NCBI GenBank assembly: GCA_965183855.1 | Contig: CBCYMI010000028.1 | Span: 7,701-71,700 of the forward strand | Length of the DNA: 64,000 bases | Direction of reading: 5' to 3' | DNA from: Maricaulaceae bacterium | GTDB taxonomy: Bacteria > Pseudomonadota > Alphaproteobacteria > Caulobacterales > Maricaulaceae | Shown: positions 41,848 to 50,862 of the stretch, in pieces | Position numbering within the stretch: the stretch's first letter is position 1 | Layout: every line of letters begins with the position of its first letter | Notes under the pieces: model-generated | Seen by the model: only the letters and a program-made list of their open reading frames with translations | What the model was told of the DNA's origin: nothing | Databases searched by the model: none | Made by a program: the position numbers and the translations under genes

Positions 41848-42576
41848 TTATATTTTACATATAAATAGTTTTGAGTTTTTTTCTAATTGAGATACATCAA
41901 ACTTTTGATCCATAATTTGATGGAAAGATAATTTCTCTGACTCCATTAAATATTTAATCAGCATACGGAATTTAAAATATTTATAAGATAGAGACTGATT
42001 TATTTTACCAGAACAAAAAAGTTCTTTTCCAAAAACTTCATCAAAAGAGCTTTCATTTGCAATATAATCTGCATAACCTTCACGTTTCCAGACAGGCATA
42101 AAACGATACTTAAAAAATCCTATTTCTTTTTCTGTCAAAACATGAACCATTTCATGAGCTAAAACACTATTTAAAGAACGAGTATTAAACAGTTTCCCAT
42201 TTCTATAAACCTTGTTTTTAGATACATTCGAGCGAGTTACAATTATTCTTTGAAATATAGGAAAACTAACTGCAAAAGACCTATATGATTTCATAACTAG
42301 AGAAGCATATTCTCCATATCCAGAGGTTAAATAAACAGAAAAATAATATTTCCTATCTTGTTCTTTTTGAAAAAGTTCTGAAGCTTCAACTAAATTTATG
42401 CTATGTATTGCCAATCGTTCAAGATTTTTTTTTGAAACCATCTTATGATGATAAAAATCTATTCCAGAAAAACTTGTTTTAGAATAAGAAAGAATAGGCC
42501 AAAAATACCAATAAGCGAGATAACTGACAATCGCGATTACAAATCCATATGAAAAATATTTCTTGATCACCAGCAT
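41848..42576 (-). CDS. Membrane-anchored HExxH protein (peptidase-MA-like)
   Basis: N-terminal TM (FSYGFVIAIVSYLAYWYFWPIL), the motif VLAHEMVHVL and a downstream WKREGYADY (resembling Peptidase_MA_2 HExxH...EG.A). It lies between type B and type A peptide genes. Its product is identical to that of 46673..47401. Confidence 0.6.
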   Translation of the reverse strand: MLVIKKYFSYGFVIAIVSYLAYWYFWPILSYSKTSFSGIDFYHHKMVSKKNLERLAIHSINLVEASELFQKEQDRKYYFSVYLTSGYGEYASLVMKSYRSFAVSFPIFQRIIVTRSNVSKNKVYRNGKLFNTRSLNSVLAHEMVHVLTEKEIGFFKYRFMPVWKREGYADYIANESSFDEVFGKELFCSGKINQSLSYKYFKFRMLIKYLMESEKLSFHQIMDQKFDVSQLEKNSKLFICKI

Positions 42577-42642
42577 CTCTCTTCTTTGGTATTTATTCCA
42601 GAATGAAAATATTCGACTGTTGATTGATATAATAATTTATAT

Positions 42643-42798
42643 TTAATAAGCATCTACAGGAGTCAGCGCGATTGCTATAATAGCTATAATAGCAATCGTT
42701 GTAACGACCGCAAGTCCACCTTCTACTTGATCAATTTCAAATGCTGTTAATTCTCTGATGCCTGGGTTTGCAGGTATAGTTAACGCTAAATCTGTCAT
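42643..42798 (-). CDS. Double-glycine-leader peptide precursor, core type B (23-aa hydrophobic core)
   Basis: The ATG at 42798 follows the RBS. The leader is MTDLALTIPANPGIRELTAFEIDQVEGG and the core is LAVVTTIAIIAIIAIALTPVDAY. Confidence 0.7.
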   Translation of the reverse strand: MTDLALTIPANPGIRELTAFEIDQVEGGLAVVTTIAIIAIIAIALTPVDAY

Positions 42799-42812
42799 CT
42801 TTTCTCTCCTTA

Positions 42813-42840
42813 ATTCTAAACTAAAAAAATAGAGAGTCAA
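42813..42840 (-). promoter_or_regulatory. TTGACT-N16-TAGAAT promoter copy
   Basis: Same sequence and same offset from the ATG as at 30936..30963. Confidence 0.5.
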
Positions 42841-43127
42841 TAAAATAAGGTAAAACTAGATGAAAACCGTATAAAAATAGAGATCATTAACTCATAGCGT
42901 TAATATAGTCTATAAATAGAGTATATAAATCTTTATTATAGACCTTCTTAAAACACTTTGTGTATAGAATAAGGCTCTTAAATCTAAACTTGCTAGTTAG
43001 AGAAGCTTAAGAAATCACGCGACCGCGTGTAAGGTAAAATTAGACGAAAACCGTATGGAAATAGAGATCATTAACTCATAGCGTTAATATAGTCTATAAA
43101 TAGAGTGTATAAACCTTTATTATAGCT
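42841..43127. repeat. Two tandem copies of the upstream module separated by a REP unit
   Basis: The module taaggtaaaa.tagá-like start (taaggtaaaactagatgaaaaccgtat..atagagatcattaactcatagcgttaatatagtctataaatagagt.tataaa.ctttattatag) occurs at ~42847 and ~43030. Confidence 0.85.
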
Positions 43128-43714
43128 CTTCTTAAAAGCACTTAGCATATAAAATAAGGTTCTTAAGTTTAATCTGGGTAATTAAAGAGTCTTAAGAAAA
43201 CCCAGTCCGAGACTGGCGAACGCACACACATTCGTGTGACTTTTTTTGGAACGCTTAGCGTATAAGAAAAAGCGCAAAGCTTAATGCTTAGTAATTAGAG
43301 AGCCAAACACACATTCGTGTGACTTTTTTTGGAACACTTAGCGTATAAGAAAAAGCGCAGAGCTTAACGCTTGGTAATTAGAGAGCCTTAAGAAAATCCA
43401 GTCCGAGACTGGCGACCGAGCGCGCATTCGTGTGACTTTTTTTGGAACACTTAGCGTATAAGAAAAAGCGCAAAGCTTAACGCTTGGTAATTAGAGAGCC
43501 AAACACACATTCGTGTGACTTTTTTTGGAACACTTAGCGTATAAGAAAAAGCGCAAAGCTTAATGCTTAGTAATTAGAGAGCCAAACACACATTCGTGTG
43601 ACTTTTTTTGGAACACTTAGCGTATAAGAAAAAGCGCAGAGCTTAATGCTTGGTAATTAGAGAGCCTTAAGAAAACCAATCCTTCGTCTGCACACCTTTG
43701 TGTGCCTTTTGGCT
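43128..43714. repeat. REP array (about six units of 83/115 bp)
   Basis: Same unit as the 39669..41023 array and the same terminal segment ...aaaaccaatccttcgtctgcacacctttgtgtgccttttggct. Confidence 0.9.
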
Positions 43715-43753
43715 AAAAATGATGGAAAGCATAACCTTTGAAATAACTATAAA

Positions 43754-43790
43754 AGAAAAAAAAGGAATGGGAGTTTATTCCTTTTTTCCA
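43754..43790 (-). terminator. Intrinsic terminator after the immunity-like gene
   Basis: The aaggaat/attcctt hairpin (43762..43768 / 43777..43783) between A and T runs. A copy of the 41062..41098 terminator. Confidence 0.55.
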
Positions 43791-43792
43791 GA

Positions 43793-44080
43793 TTATTTTT
43801 TCTTTCTAAACCAGGTTTTATAGCTTTTGAGCTCTTTTACTATTCTTTTTCTCTTTCTTTTAGGATCTGAATAATCAAGAAATTCATTAAGCTTTCCTTT
43901 AAGAATAATATCAAAAATTAAAAATACTAAAGGATAACCAATAAAAATAAAAGCAACAACTTCCCACCTATTTTCTCCCAGACCAAAAAAAATATATCCT
44001 ACATAATACACAACTGCCATAATAAAGCTACAGATTAGTGTATATTTATGGTTTTTTAGAAATTTCTTTAAATGCTTCAT
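43793..44080 (-). CDS. Immunity-like two-TM membrane protein (95 aa)
   Basis: Differs from the 41102 copy at two residues in the ORF track (T->A, S->V). Same position relative to the type A gene. Confidence 0.6.
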   Translation of the reverse strand: MKHLKKFLKNHKYTLICSFIMAVVYYVGYIFFGLGENRWEVVAFIFIGYPLVFLIFDIILKGKLNEFLDYSDPKRKRKRIVKELKSYKTWFRKKK

Positions 44081-44095
44081 TTCAAAAATAATACT

Positions 44096-44416
44096 TTATT
44101 TAATAAAGCCTCCTAATAAACTGGTTGTACCTGCAGCCGCAGCACCAGTTACACGCATTCCTACTGCGCCAAAACCACCTGCCATTAACCCTGCCGCAGT
44201 TCCAAGGACCGCTCCAGCAGCAACAACACCCCAATCAACGCCAGGCTTGTTGTCTGTTAATTGATTAATTAAAGCCGCTCCTGCGCCCAATGCGGTTCCA
44301 ATTCCAACCATAGCAGCAAATAAAGGCAATATTCCACCTTCTACTTGATCAATCTCTATATCGGTTAATTCTCTGATGCCTGGGTTTGCAGGTATAGTTA
44401 ACGCTAAATCTGTCAT
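44096..44416 (-). CDS. Double-glycine-leader peptide precursor, core type A
   Basis: Its product is identical to that of 30601..30921. The ATG at 44416 follows the RBS. Confidence 0.8.
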   Translation of the reverse strand: MTDLALTIPANPGIRELTDIEIDQVEGGILPLFAAMVGIGTALGAGAALINQLTDNKPGVDWGVVAAGAVLGTAAGLMAGGFGAVGMRVTGAAAAGTTSLLGGFIK

Positions 44417-44430
44417 CTTTTCTCTCCTTA

Positions 44431-44458
44431 ATTCTAAACTAAAAAAATAGAGAGTCAA
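44431..44458 (-). promoter_or_regulatory. TTGACT-N16-TAGAAT promoter copy
   Basis: attcta at 44431..44436 and agtcaa at 44453..44458 on the plus strand. Confidence 0.5.
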
Positions 44459-44860
44459 TAAAATAAGGTAAAACTAGATGAAAACCGTATAAAAATAGAG
44501 ATCATTAACTCATAGCGTTAATATAGTCTATAAATAGAGTGTATAAACCTTTATTATAGCTCTTCTTAAAATACTTTGTGTATAGAATAAGCAGTTAGGT
44601 TTAATCTGGGTAATTAAAGAGCCTTAAGAAAATCCAGTCCGAGACTGGCGACCGCGTGTAAGGTAAAATTAGACGAAAACCGTATAAAAATAGAGATCAT
44701 TAACTCATAGCGTTAATATAGTCTATAAATAGAGTATATAAACCTTTATTATAGACCTTCTTAAAACACTTTGTGTATAAAATAAGGTTCTTAAGTTTAA
44801 TCTGGGTAATTAAAGAGTCTAAATAAAGTCAGCCCTTCGGCTGTGGTCGCGTGGTCTTGA
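44459..44860. repeat. Two upstream-module copies interleaved with REP units, ending in a cap hairpin
   Basis: Modules at ~44465 and ~44655. The cap aaagtcagcccttcggctg lies at 44826..44845, just before the hydrolase stop. Confidence 0.85.
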
Positions 44861-46273
44861 TTAAAGTTTGGGTTCCTTCCAGTTGCCTTCCCTGATCTTA
44901 TTAAGAAAATCTTCTATCATCTGCATTGCTTGCCAGGAAGCATCTCCATTCGCCATAAGACACGCTTTATAAGAAACATATTGCTTTGGCTTTGCACAAC
45001 CATTGGAAAACCAACCCGTTCCTATAATATCATGTTCCGCATGCTTAAAAATCTTCATATAACGGGAAGGATATTCATCACAATTTGCCTGTTTACATAT
45101 TATTCTGGCACCTAATTCTGTATTTCCATATTCATCTTTACCAGAACCAAACACTAATAAAGGGCTTCGAATCTGATCCGAAGGCAGCAATACTTTCTTT
45201 AATGCTTCATCTGAGATATGCTTTAAAGCATATTCATAGGCTTGTCTTTGAGATTTATATAAATAATGAAAAGGAAAAAAACCTCCTTTCATTGAACTTA
45301 GATAAGGAAGCTCTTTTCCTTTTAACGCCCAGTTATATGCTGTAAATAAGCAAAAAGGTCCTTGACTTCCATCTGTAAAAACACCTGCGCCACTCATTAA
45401 AATCATGCCTGCAAGAGGATGTTGATTTTGAGATGCTGTTAAAACAGAAGCCTCTACACCTTTAGAAACACCAAAAAAAATAACTTCATCTAATTCATAC
45501 TTCTTAATAAACCAATCTACAGCATGAACTAAATTCTCTATCGGGATATGATCAAGACAACTCCCATCCTTACGGTATTTATACATAAAAACAGGAAACC
45601 CTCGTGCGGCAAGACGAAAAAGCATGGGTGCAGGAAAGGCATTACCAGAACCAGGAAAATAAATAATTCCTCTTTTCTTTCGAGCTTTGCGCTCTGTTTT
45701 AAAAACCCCGTTTTCTCTTTGCGTAATTAAAAATCCATGATAAGGCGTTTCTAAAAAAATGGTTTTAAAAAAATCACCATTATGAACCACTATCTTCTTA
45801 AAGAAAAGAAGCTGATCTTTTTGATCTGTAACAAAAATAAGATATGCATTCCTAATATGTTTCTTCAAATTCATGATTCTTGTTTGTTCAACCATTTCAA
45901 GAATATAATTTGGAACAGAACCCTGTTTTAATTTATATTGATTATAAAATAATCCAGCAGGATTAACCCCTTGATAAGAACCTGATAAAGGCGCTTGTTG
46001 GCTTAAATCAACTATTCCCTTATCTGGTTTAAAAACTGCGTTTGACACTCCAAGAGTACGCTTATACCTTCCAAAAGAACGCTTATATAATCCAAGAAAA
46101 ACCACTCTGATCGTAATCTGATCCGTCTTTAAACCTTCTATTCTAATGGGAATAGCCTGACCCATATAGATCTTTTCAGGAACTTCAAATTTAATATCAG
46201 CAAAAGCGGATATGCTAAATAAAGATAAAAAAACAAAACAATAGTTTTTAATAAATCTAATTAACATATCCAT
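44861..46273 (-). CDS. Secreted alpha/beta hydrolase (BAAT/acyl-CoA thioesterase-like C-terminal domain)
   Basis: Signal peptide (..FLSLFSISAFA), a nucleophile elbow GVSKG and a downstream ..DEYGN..H.. region. The fold assignment is from memory of BAAT_C/dienelactone-hydrolase-like proteins. It starts 44 nt downstream of the type C peptide gene. Confidence 0.6.
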   Translation of the reverse strand: MDMLIRFIKNYCFVFLSLFSISAFADIKFEVPEKIYMGQAIPIRIEGLKTDQITIRVVFLGLYKRSFGRYKRTLGVSNAVFKPDKGIVDLSQQAPLSGSYQGVNPAGLFYNQYKLKQGSVPNYILEMVEQTRIMNLKKHIRNAYLIFVTDQKDQLLFFKKIVVHNGDFFKTIFLETPYHGFLITQRENGVFKTERKARKKRGIIYFPGSGNAFPAPMLFRLAARGFPVFMYKYRKDGSCLDHIPIENLVHAVDWFIKKYELDEVIFFGVSKGVEASVLTASQNQHPLAGMILMSGAGVFTDGSQGPFCLFTAYNWALKGKELPYLSSMKGGFFPFHYLYKSQRQAYEYALKHISDEALKKVLLPSDQIRSPLLVFGSGKDEYGNTELGARIICKQANCDEYPSRYMKIFKHAEHDIIGTGWFSNGCAKPKQYVSYKACLMANGDASWQAMQMIEDFLNKIREGNWKEPKL

Positions 46274-46316
46274 TCTATCTAAAATTTAAAAATTAACGAA
46301 TCTAGTATAATAGTTT

Positions 46317-46550
46317 TTAATTCGTTACCTCTACTTCACCACCAGCTTCACATTCAGTGCCTGTTTTAGTACTGGTACATTTAGCTGTTGCTTTAAATTT
46401 CCACTTTGCTCCACAACCACTTAATAAACCACCAATAATCACAATACCTGCTATAATTGGCAATATTCCACCTTCTACCTGATCAATCTCTATATCGGTT
46501 AATTCTCTGATGCCTGGGTTTGCAGGTATAGTTAACGCTAAATCTGTCAT
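46317..46550 (-). CDS. Double-glycine-leader peptide precursor, core type C (49 aa, TM helix plus Cys/Lys/Thr-rich tail)
   Basis: Leader identical to the standard one. The core is ILPIIAGIVIIGGLLSGCGAKWKFKATAKCTSTKTGTECEAGGEVEVTN, with three Cys. Confidence 0.75.
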   Translation of the reverse strand: MTDLALTIPANPGIRELTDIEIDQVEGGILPIIAGIVIIGGLLSGCGAKWKFKATAKCTSTKTGTECEAGGEVEVTN

Positions 46551-46565
46551 CTTTTCTCTCCTTAA

Positions 46566-46594
46566 ATTATACATCAAGTTAAAAATAGAATCAA
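46566..46594 (-). promoter_or_regulatory. Variant promoter TTGATT-N17-TATAAT
   Basis: attata at 46566..46571 and aatcaa at 46589..46594 on the plus strand. Identical to 41741..41769. Confidence 0.5.
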
Positions 46595-46672
46595 ATTTCA
46601 GCAAAAAAATAGAGAGTCAATAAAACAAGGTAAAACTGGATGAAAATCACATAAAAAAGAATGTATCTAAGT

Positions 46673-47401
46673 TTATATTTTACATATAAATAGTTTTGAG
46701 TTTTTTTCTAATTGAGATACATCAAACTTTTGATCCATAATTTGATGGAAAGATAATTTCTCTGACTCCATTAAATATTTAATCAGCATACGGAATTTAA
46801 AATATTTATAAGATAGAGACTGATTTATTTTACCAGAACAAAAAAGTTCTTTTCCAAAAACTTCATCAAAAGAGCTTTCATTTGCAATATAATCTGCATA
46901 ACCTTCACGTTTCCAGACAGGCATAAAACGATACTTAAAAAATCCTATTTCTTTTTCTGTCAAAACATGAACCATTTCATGAGCTAAAACACTATTTAAA
47001 GAACGAGTATTAAACAGTTTCCCATTTCTATAAACCTTGTTTTTAGATACATTCGAGCGAGTTACAATTATTCTTTGAAATATAGGAAAACTAACTGCAA
47101 AAGACCTATATGATTTCATAACTAGAGAAGCATATTCTCCATATCCAGAGGTTAAATAAACAGAAAAATAATATTTCCTATCTTGTTCTTTTTGAAAAAG
47201 TTCTGAAGCTTCAACTAAATTTATGCTATGTATTGCCAATCGTTCAAGATTTTTTTTTGAAACCATCTTATGATGATAAAAATCTATTCCAGAAAAACTT
47301 GTTTTAGAATAAGAAAGAATAGGCCAAAAATACCAATAAGCGAGATAACTGACAATCGCGATTACAAATCCATATGAAAAATATTTCTTGATCACCAGCA
47401 T
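46673..47401 (-). CDS. Membrane-anchored HExxH protein (peptidase-MA-like), second copy
   Basis: The 242-aa product is identical to that of 41848..42576. Confidence 0.6.
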   Translation of the reverse strand: MLVIKKYFSYGFVIAIVSYLAYWYFWPILSYSKTSFSGIDFYHHKMVSKKNLERLAIHSINLVEASELFQKEQDRKYYFSVYLTSGYGEYASLVMKSYRSFAVSFPIFQRIIVTRSNVSKNKVYRNGKLFNTRSLNSVLAHEMVHVLTEKEIGFFKYRFMPVWKREGYADYIANESSFDEVFGKELFCSGKINQSLSYKYFKFRMLIKYLMESEKLSFHQIMDQKFDVSQLEKNSKLFICKI

Positions 47402-47467
47402 CTCTCTTCTTTGGTATTTATTCCAGAATGAAAATATTCGACTGTTGATTGATATAATAATTTATAT

Positions 47468-47623
47468 TTAATAAGCATCTACAGGAGTCAGCGCGATTGC
47501 TATAATAGCTATAATAGCAATCGTTGTAACGACCGCAAGTCCACCTTCTACCTGATCAATCTCTATATCGGTTAATTCTCTGATGCCTGGGTTTGCAGGT
47601 GTAGTTAACGCTAAATCTGTCAT
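47468..47623 (-). CDS. Double-glycine-leader peptide precursor, core type B (not in the supplied ORF track)
   Basis: Hand translation gives MTDLALTTPANPGIRELTDIEIDQVEGGLAVVTTIAIIAIIAIALTPVDAY*. The ATG is at 47623..47621 behind TAAGGAGATGAGAAG and the stop at 47470..47468. Confidence 0.7.
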   Translation of the reverse strand: MTDLALTTPANPGIRELTDIEIDQVEGGLAVVTTIAIIAIIAIALTPVDAY

Positions 47624-47638
47624 CTTCTCATCTCCTTA

Positions 47639-47666
47639 ATTCTAAACTAAAAAAATAGAGAGTCAA
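47639..47666 (-). promoter_or_regulatory. TTGACT-N16-TAGAAT promoter copy
   Basis: attcta at 47639..47644 and agtcaa at 47661..47666 on the plus strand. Confidence 0.5.
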
Positions 47667-48132
47667 TAAAATAAGGTAAAATTAGACGAAAACCGTATAA
47701 AGATAGAGATCATTAACTCATAGCGTTAATATAGTCTATAAATAGAGTATATAAATCTTTATTATAGACCTTCTTAAAAGCACTTTGTGTATAGAATAAG
47801 GCTCTTAAATCTAAACTTGCTAGTTAGAGAACCTTAAGAAATCACGCGACCGCGTGTAAGGTAAAACTAGACGAAAACCGTATGGAAATAGAGATTGTTA
47901 ACTCATAGCATTAATATAGTCTATAAATAGAGTGTATAAACCTTTATTATAGACCTTCTTAAAATACTTTGTGTATAGAATAAGGTTCTTAAGTTTAATC
48001 TGGGTAATTAAAGAGTCTTAAGAAAACCCAGTCCGAGACTGGCGACCGCGTGCGGCCAAAGGGCTGACTTCTTAAGGCGCACTCAACAGAAATCTTAAGC
48101 TCTTAAGTTTAATTCTGACACTTGGAGCGCCT
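47667..48132. repeat. Two upstream-module copies with REP units
   Basis: Modules at ~47672 and ~47860. The REP ends with gcggccaaagggctgacttcttaaggcgcactcaacag... Confidence 0.85.
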
Positions 48133-48239
48133 GAAAAAAGAACACTCCGAGAGTATCACATTCCATGTATGGGCTGTACGATTATGCTTGATAATTTACT
48201 CTAAAATCATTAATTTTAATTGATTTAGAGATAAACAAT

Positions 48240-48476
48240 ATGGAAGTGGGTATATTCGAAGCAAAAACATATTTATCCTCCTTGTTGGAAAGAGTAAAAA
48301 AAGGAGAAAGCATTGTGATTAAAAAAAGAGGAAAAGCGATTGTATGTCTTGTTCCAATTCAGAAAATATACTCTTTTAATCTTGATCAAAAAAGGCAAGC
48401 CCTTTTTCACTCGCGTAAAACCATGAAACTAAATCATATGAAGTGGAAGGAATTACGTGATAAAGGTAGAAAATAA
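48240..48476 (+). CDS. Type II antitoxin (Phd/YefM-like)
   Basis: The N-terminus MEVGIFEAKTYLSSLLERVKKGESIVIKKRGKAIV.LVP is typical of Phd/YefM-type antitoxins. It is followed by a PIN-toxin remnant. Confidence 0.65.
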   Translation: MEVGIFEAKTYLSSLLERVKKGESIVIKKRGKAIVCLVPIQKIYSFNLDQKRQALFHSRKTMKLNHMKWKELRDKGRK

Positions 48477-48571
48477 AACCGTAAAAAATCTCTTTTTGGG
48501 GGCAACATATAAAAAGTCTTTTTATATATTAACATTCTCTTCAAATCATACAGATCGAAAGTAATAATGTT

Positions 48572-48990
48572 ATGACGGTTGAACAAAAACCAGTTATACT
48601 AGATTGCTCTATTAGCGTTGCCTGGTTTTTTGAAGATGAAGCGTGTTCTAAAACGGATTCTTTTTTAAAAAATATTCATTCTTATACGGTTATCATTCCA
48701 AATTTATGGCAATTGGAAATATCTTAATTCAGGCAGAAAAACATAATCAAATTACATTCGAACATGTCAGAATATGTCTAGATCTTATTAGAGATTTACC
48801 GACCCTTACAGATATTGAATCAAGTGATCGAGCTCTACGTGATATCTTTCAGCTCGCTCGTCATTTTAAATTAACCAGCTATGATGCCGTCTATCTTGAT
48901 CTTGCACTCAGAAAAAATGCACAAATGGCAACAAAAGATAAACAACTTATCAAGGCTGCCAAAGCAAATAAAATACCTCTTTTGTTCTAA
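48572..48990 (+). pseudogene. vapC: PIN-domain toxin (VapC-like), frameshifted
   Basis: 48572..48727 encodes MTVEQKPVILDCSISVAWFFEDE...LWQLEIS*. 48706..48990, in another frame, continues ..GNILIQAEKHNQIT...SYDAVYLDLA... The frames switch near 48712..48722. Confidence 0.6.
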
Positions 48991-49017
48991 CTCAATCTAT
49001 ACTAGAACGCGTATGTG

Positions 49018-50832
49018 TTAGGTATTTTTTGTTAGACAATACCGTAAAATACGAGAAGCAATTGGAGCGGCAGAAGAAGCTCCTCCTCCGCCATGCTCAA
49101 CCACAACAGAAACAACATATTGAGGCTTGTCATAAGGCGCATAACCAACAAACAAGGCATGATCTCTATTTCTCCATTCTCTATCTTTATTCTTGATAAT
49201 TCCTGTAAGACGTTCTTCTTTTGTAATGGATTTTACCTGCGCGGTTCCTGTTTTTCCAGCCCAGGGAATACCAGGCGTTATGCCAAGCCCCCTATATCGA
49301 TAAGCTGTTCCTCTAGGCGTTTCACAAACGGCTCGCATTGCCTGTTGAACAGGCTTTAAAGCCTGTTGTGAAATCTTCAAGGGAGAAAAAGGTTTTTGTT
49401 GATTTTCCATAAATAATCTTGGAAGAACTTTCCTTCCTGTTGCCAGACGAGCGGTCATAACGGCAAGCTCTAATGGCGTTAGAGCAAGATAGCCTTGTCC
49501 AATCGCAACATTGAGCGTATCTCCTCTATGCCAGCCTAGCCGATAACGATCCTGTTTCCATTTAGAGCCAATCATTGGAGCCGATTGAATTCCTTCTATT
49601 GGTAATTTATAATCCTGGCCAATTCCAAATTTTCTAGCCATTTGCATAATTGGTTTTATTCCCAATTTTAAAGCCAGTTCATAATAATATATATCGCATG
49701 ATTGTTGAATGCTTGATTGAAGATTAATAATTCCATGTCCTTGTTTCTTCCAACAATGAAATTTACGATTACCAAAACTCAAACTTCCCTTACATAACAC
49801 CTTGTCTTTTAACGTAATAAGACCAGATTCCAACCCTGCAAGAGCAACCATCATTTTAAATGTAGAGGCGGGTGGATAAAGACCTGATAATGCCTTGTTA
49901 AACAAGGGATTTGCTTCATCTTTCAATAAGGTCTGATAGGCATTTTGTGATACTCCACGAACAAATAAATTAGGATCAAAACCAGGTGTCGAAAGAGAAA
50001 CCAGAATATCTCCTTGATCTGGTTTTAAAACAATAATTGCACCACTTTTTTTTGTTTTAAACTCCTGAGAGGCAAATCTCTGAAGATCACGATCAAGCGT
50101 AATTTGAATATCTTTTCCTCTTTTAGGCTTTACATAATCATCTTTCCATTCTCGAATGGTTCTCCCATATGCATTCACTTCAACCTTTGAATTCCCTGGC
50201 TTGCCCTGTAAGGGTTTTTCAAAGCTTTTCTCTAATCCTTGACGACCAACATACATGCCTGGTTGATGCAATAAAGGATCTTTCTCAAGATCAGATTCAG
50301 AAGGTCGTGCAACAAATCCTATAATATGACAAAATTCCTGATCATAAGGATAAGATCTGATTTCACCAATATCTGGTTGTATGCCTGAGATTTCTGGCAT
50401 TTTTAAATTTACAATTGCAAACTGTTCCCAGCTTAAATGTTCCTTTAATAAAACAGGGACAAAAGAAGGTTGTTTTTTTAACTGTGACCAAATACGATCA
50501 ATTTGCGTTTCTGTAAGTGCTAGCAAAGATTTCAAACTATTAATGGAATGCTGAAGTTGAATTCCTTTTTCGTGCTGAATTAACACTCTGAAATTTCGTT
50601 TATTTTGGGCAAGAATATTTGAATGGCGATCTAAAATCTTTCCTCTCGAAGGAGTTAAGACTCGTAAATTAAACTGATTATCATCTGAAAGCAGTTTATA
50701 TTTGTGCTGTTTGGTTAATTGAAGATCAATTAACCTGCTTGTTAAAGATAAAAACCCGCCGGCTCCCAATAATCCAATCATGACCATTCGACGATCAAAT
50801 TGTTTCTTAGATGCATCTTCATGATTATTCAT
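49018..50832 (-). CDS. mrdA: Penicillin-binding protein 2 (elongasome transpeptidase)
   Basis: N-terminal anchor, SxxK (ASTFK) and KTG (GKTGTAQV) motifs. Sits downstream of mreC-mreD. Confidence 0.9.
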   Translation of the reverse strand: MNNHEDASKKQFDRRMVMIGLLGAGGFLSLTSRLIDLQLTKQHKYKLLSDDNQFNLRVLTPSRGKILDRHSNILAQNKRNFRVLIQHEKGIQLQHSINSLKSLLALTETQIDRIWSQLKKQPSFVPVLLKEHLSWEQFAIVNLKMPEISGIQPDIGEIRSYPYDQEFCHIIGFVARPSESDLEKDPLLHQPGMYVGRQGLEKSFEKPLQGKPGNSKVEVNAYGRTIREWKDDYVKPKRGKDIQITLDRDLQRFASQEFKTKKSGAIIVLKPDQGDILVSLSTPGFDPNLFVRGVSQNAYQTLLKDEANPLFNKALSGLYPPASTFKMMVALAGLESGLITLKDKVLCKGSLSFGNRKFHCWKKQGHGIINLQSSIQQSCDIYYYELALKLGIKPIMQMARKFGIGQDYKLPIEGIQSAPMIGSKWKQDRYRLGWHRGDTLNVAIGQGYLALTPLELAVMTARLATGRKVLPRLFMENQQKPFSPLKISQQALKPVQQAMRAVCETPRGTAYRYRGLGITPGIPWAGKTGTAQVKSITKEERLTGIIKNKDREWRNRDHALFVGYAPYDKPQYVVSVVVEHGGGGASSAAPIASRILRYCLTKNT

Positions 50833-50862
50833 GTTGTTATTTAACCTTACCTTTTTTAAACT

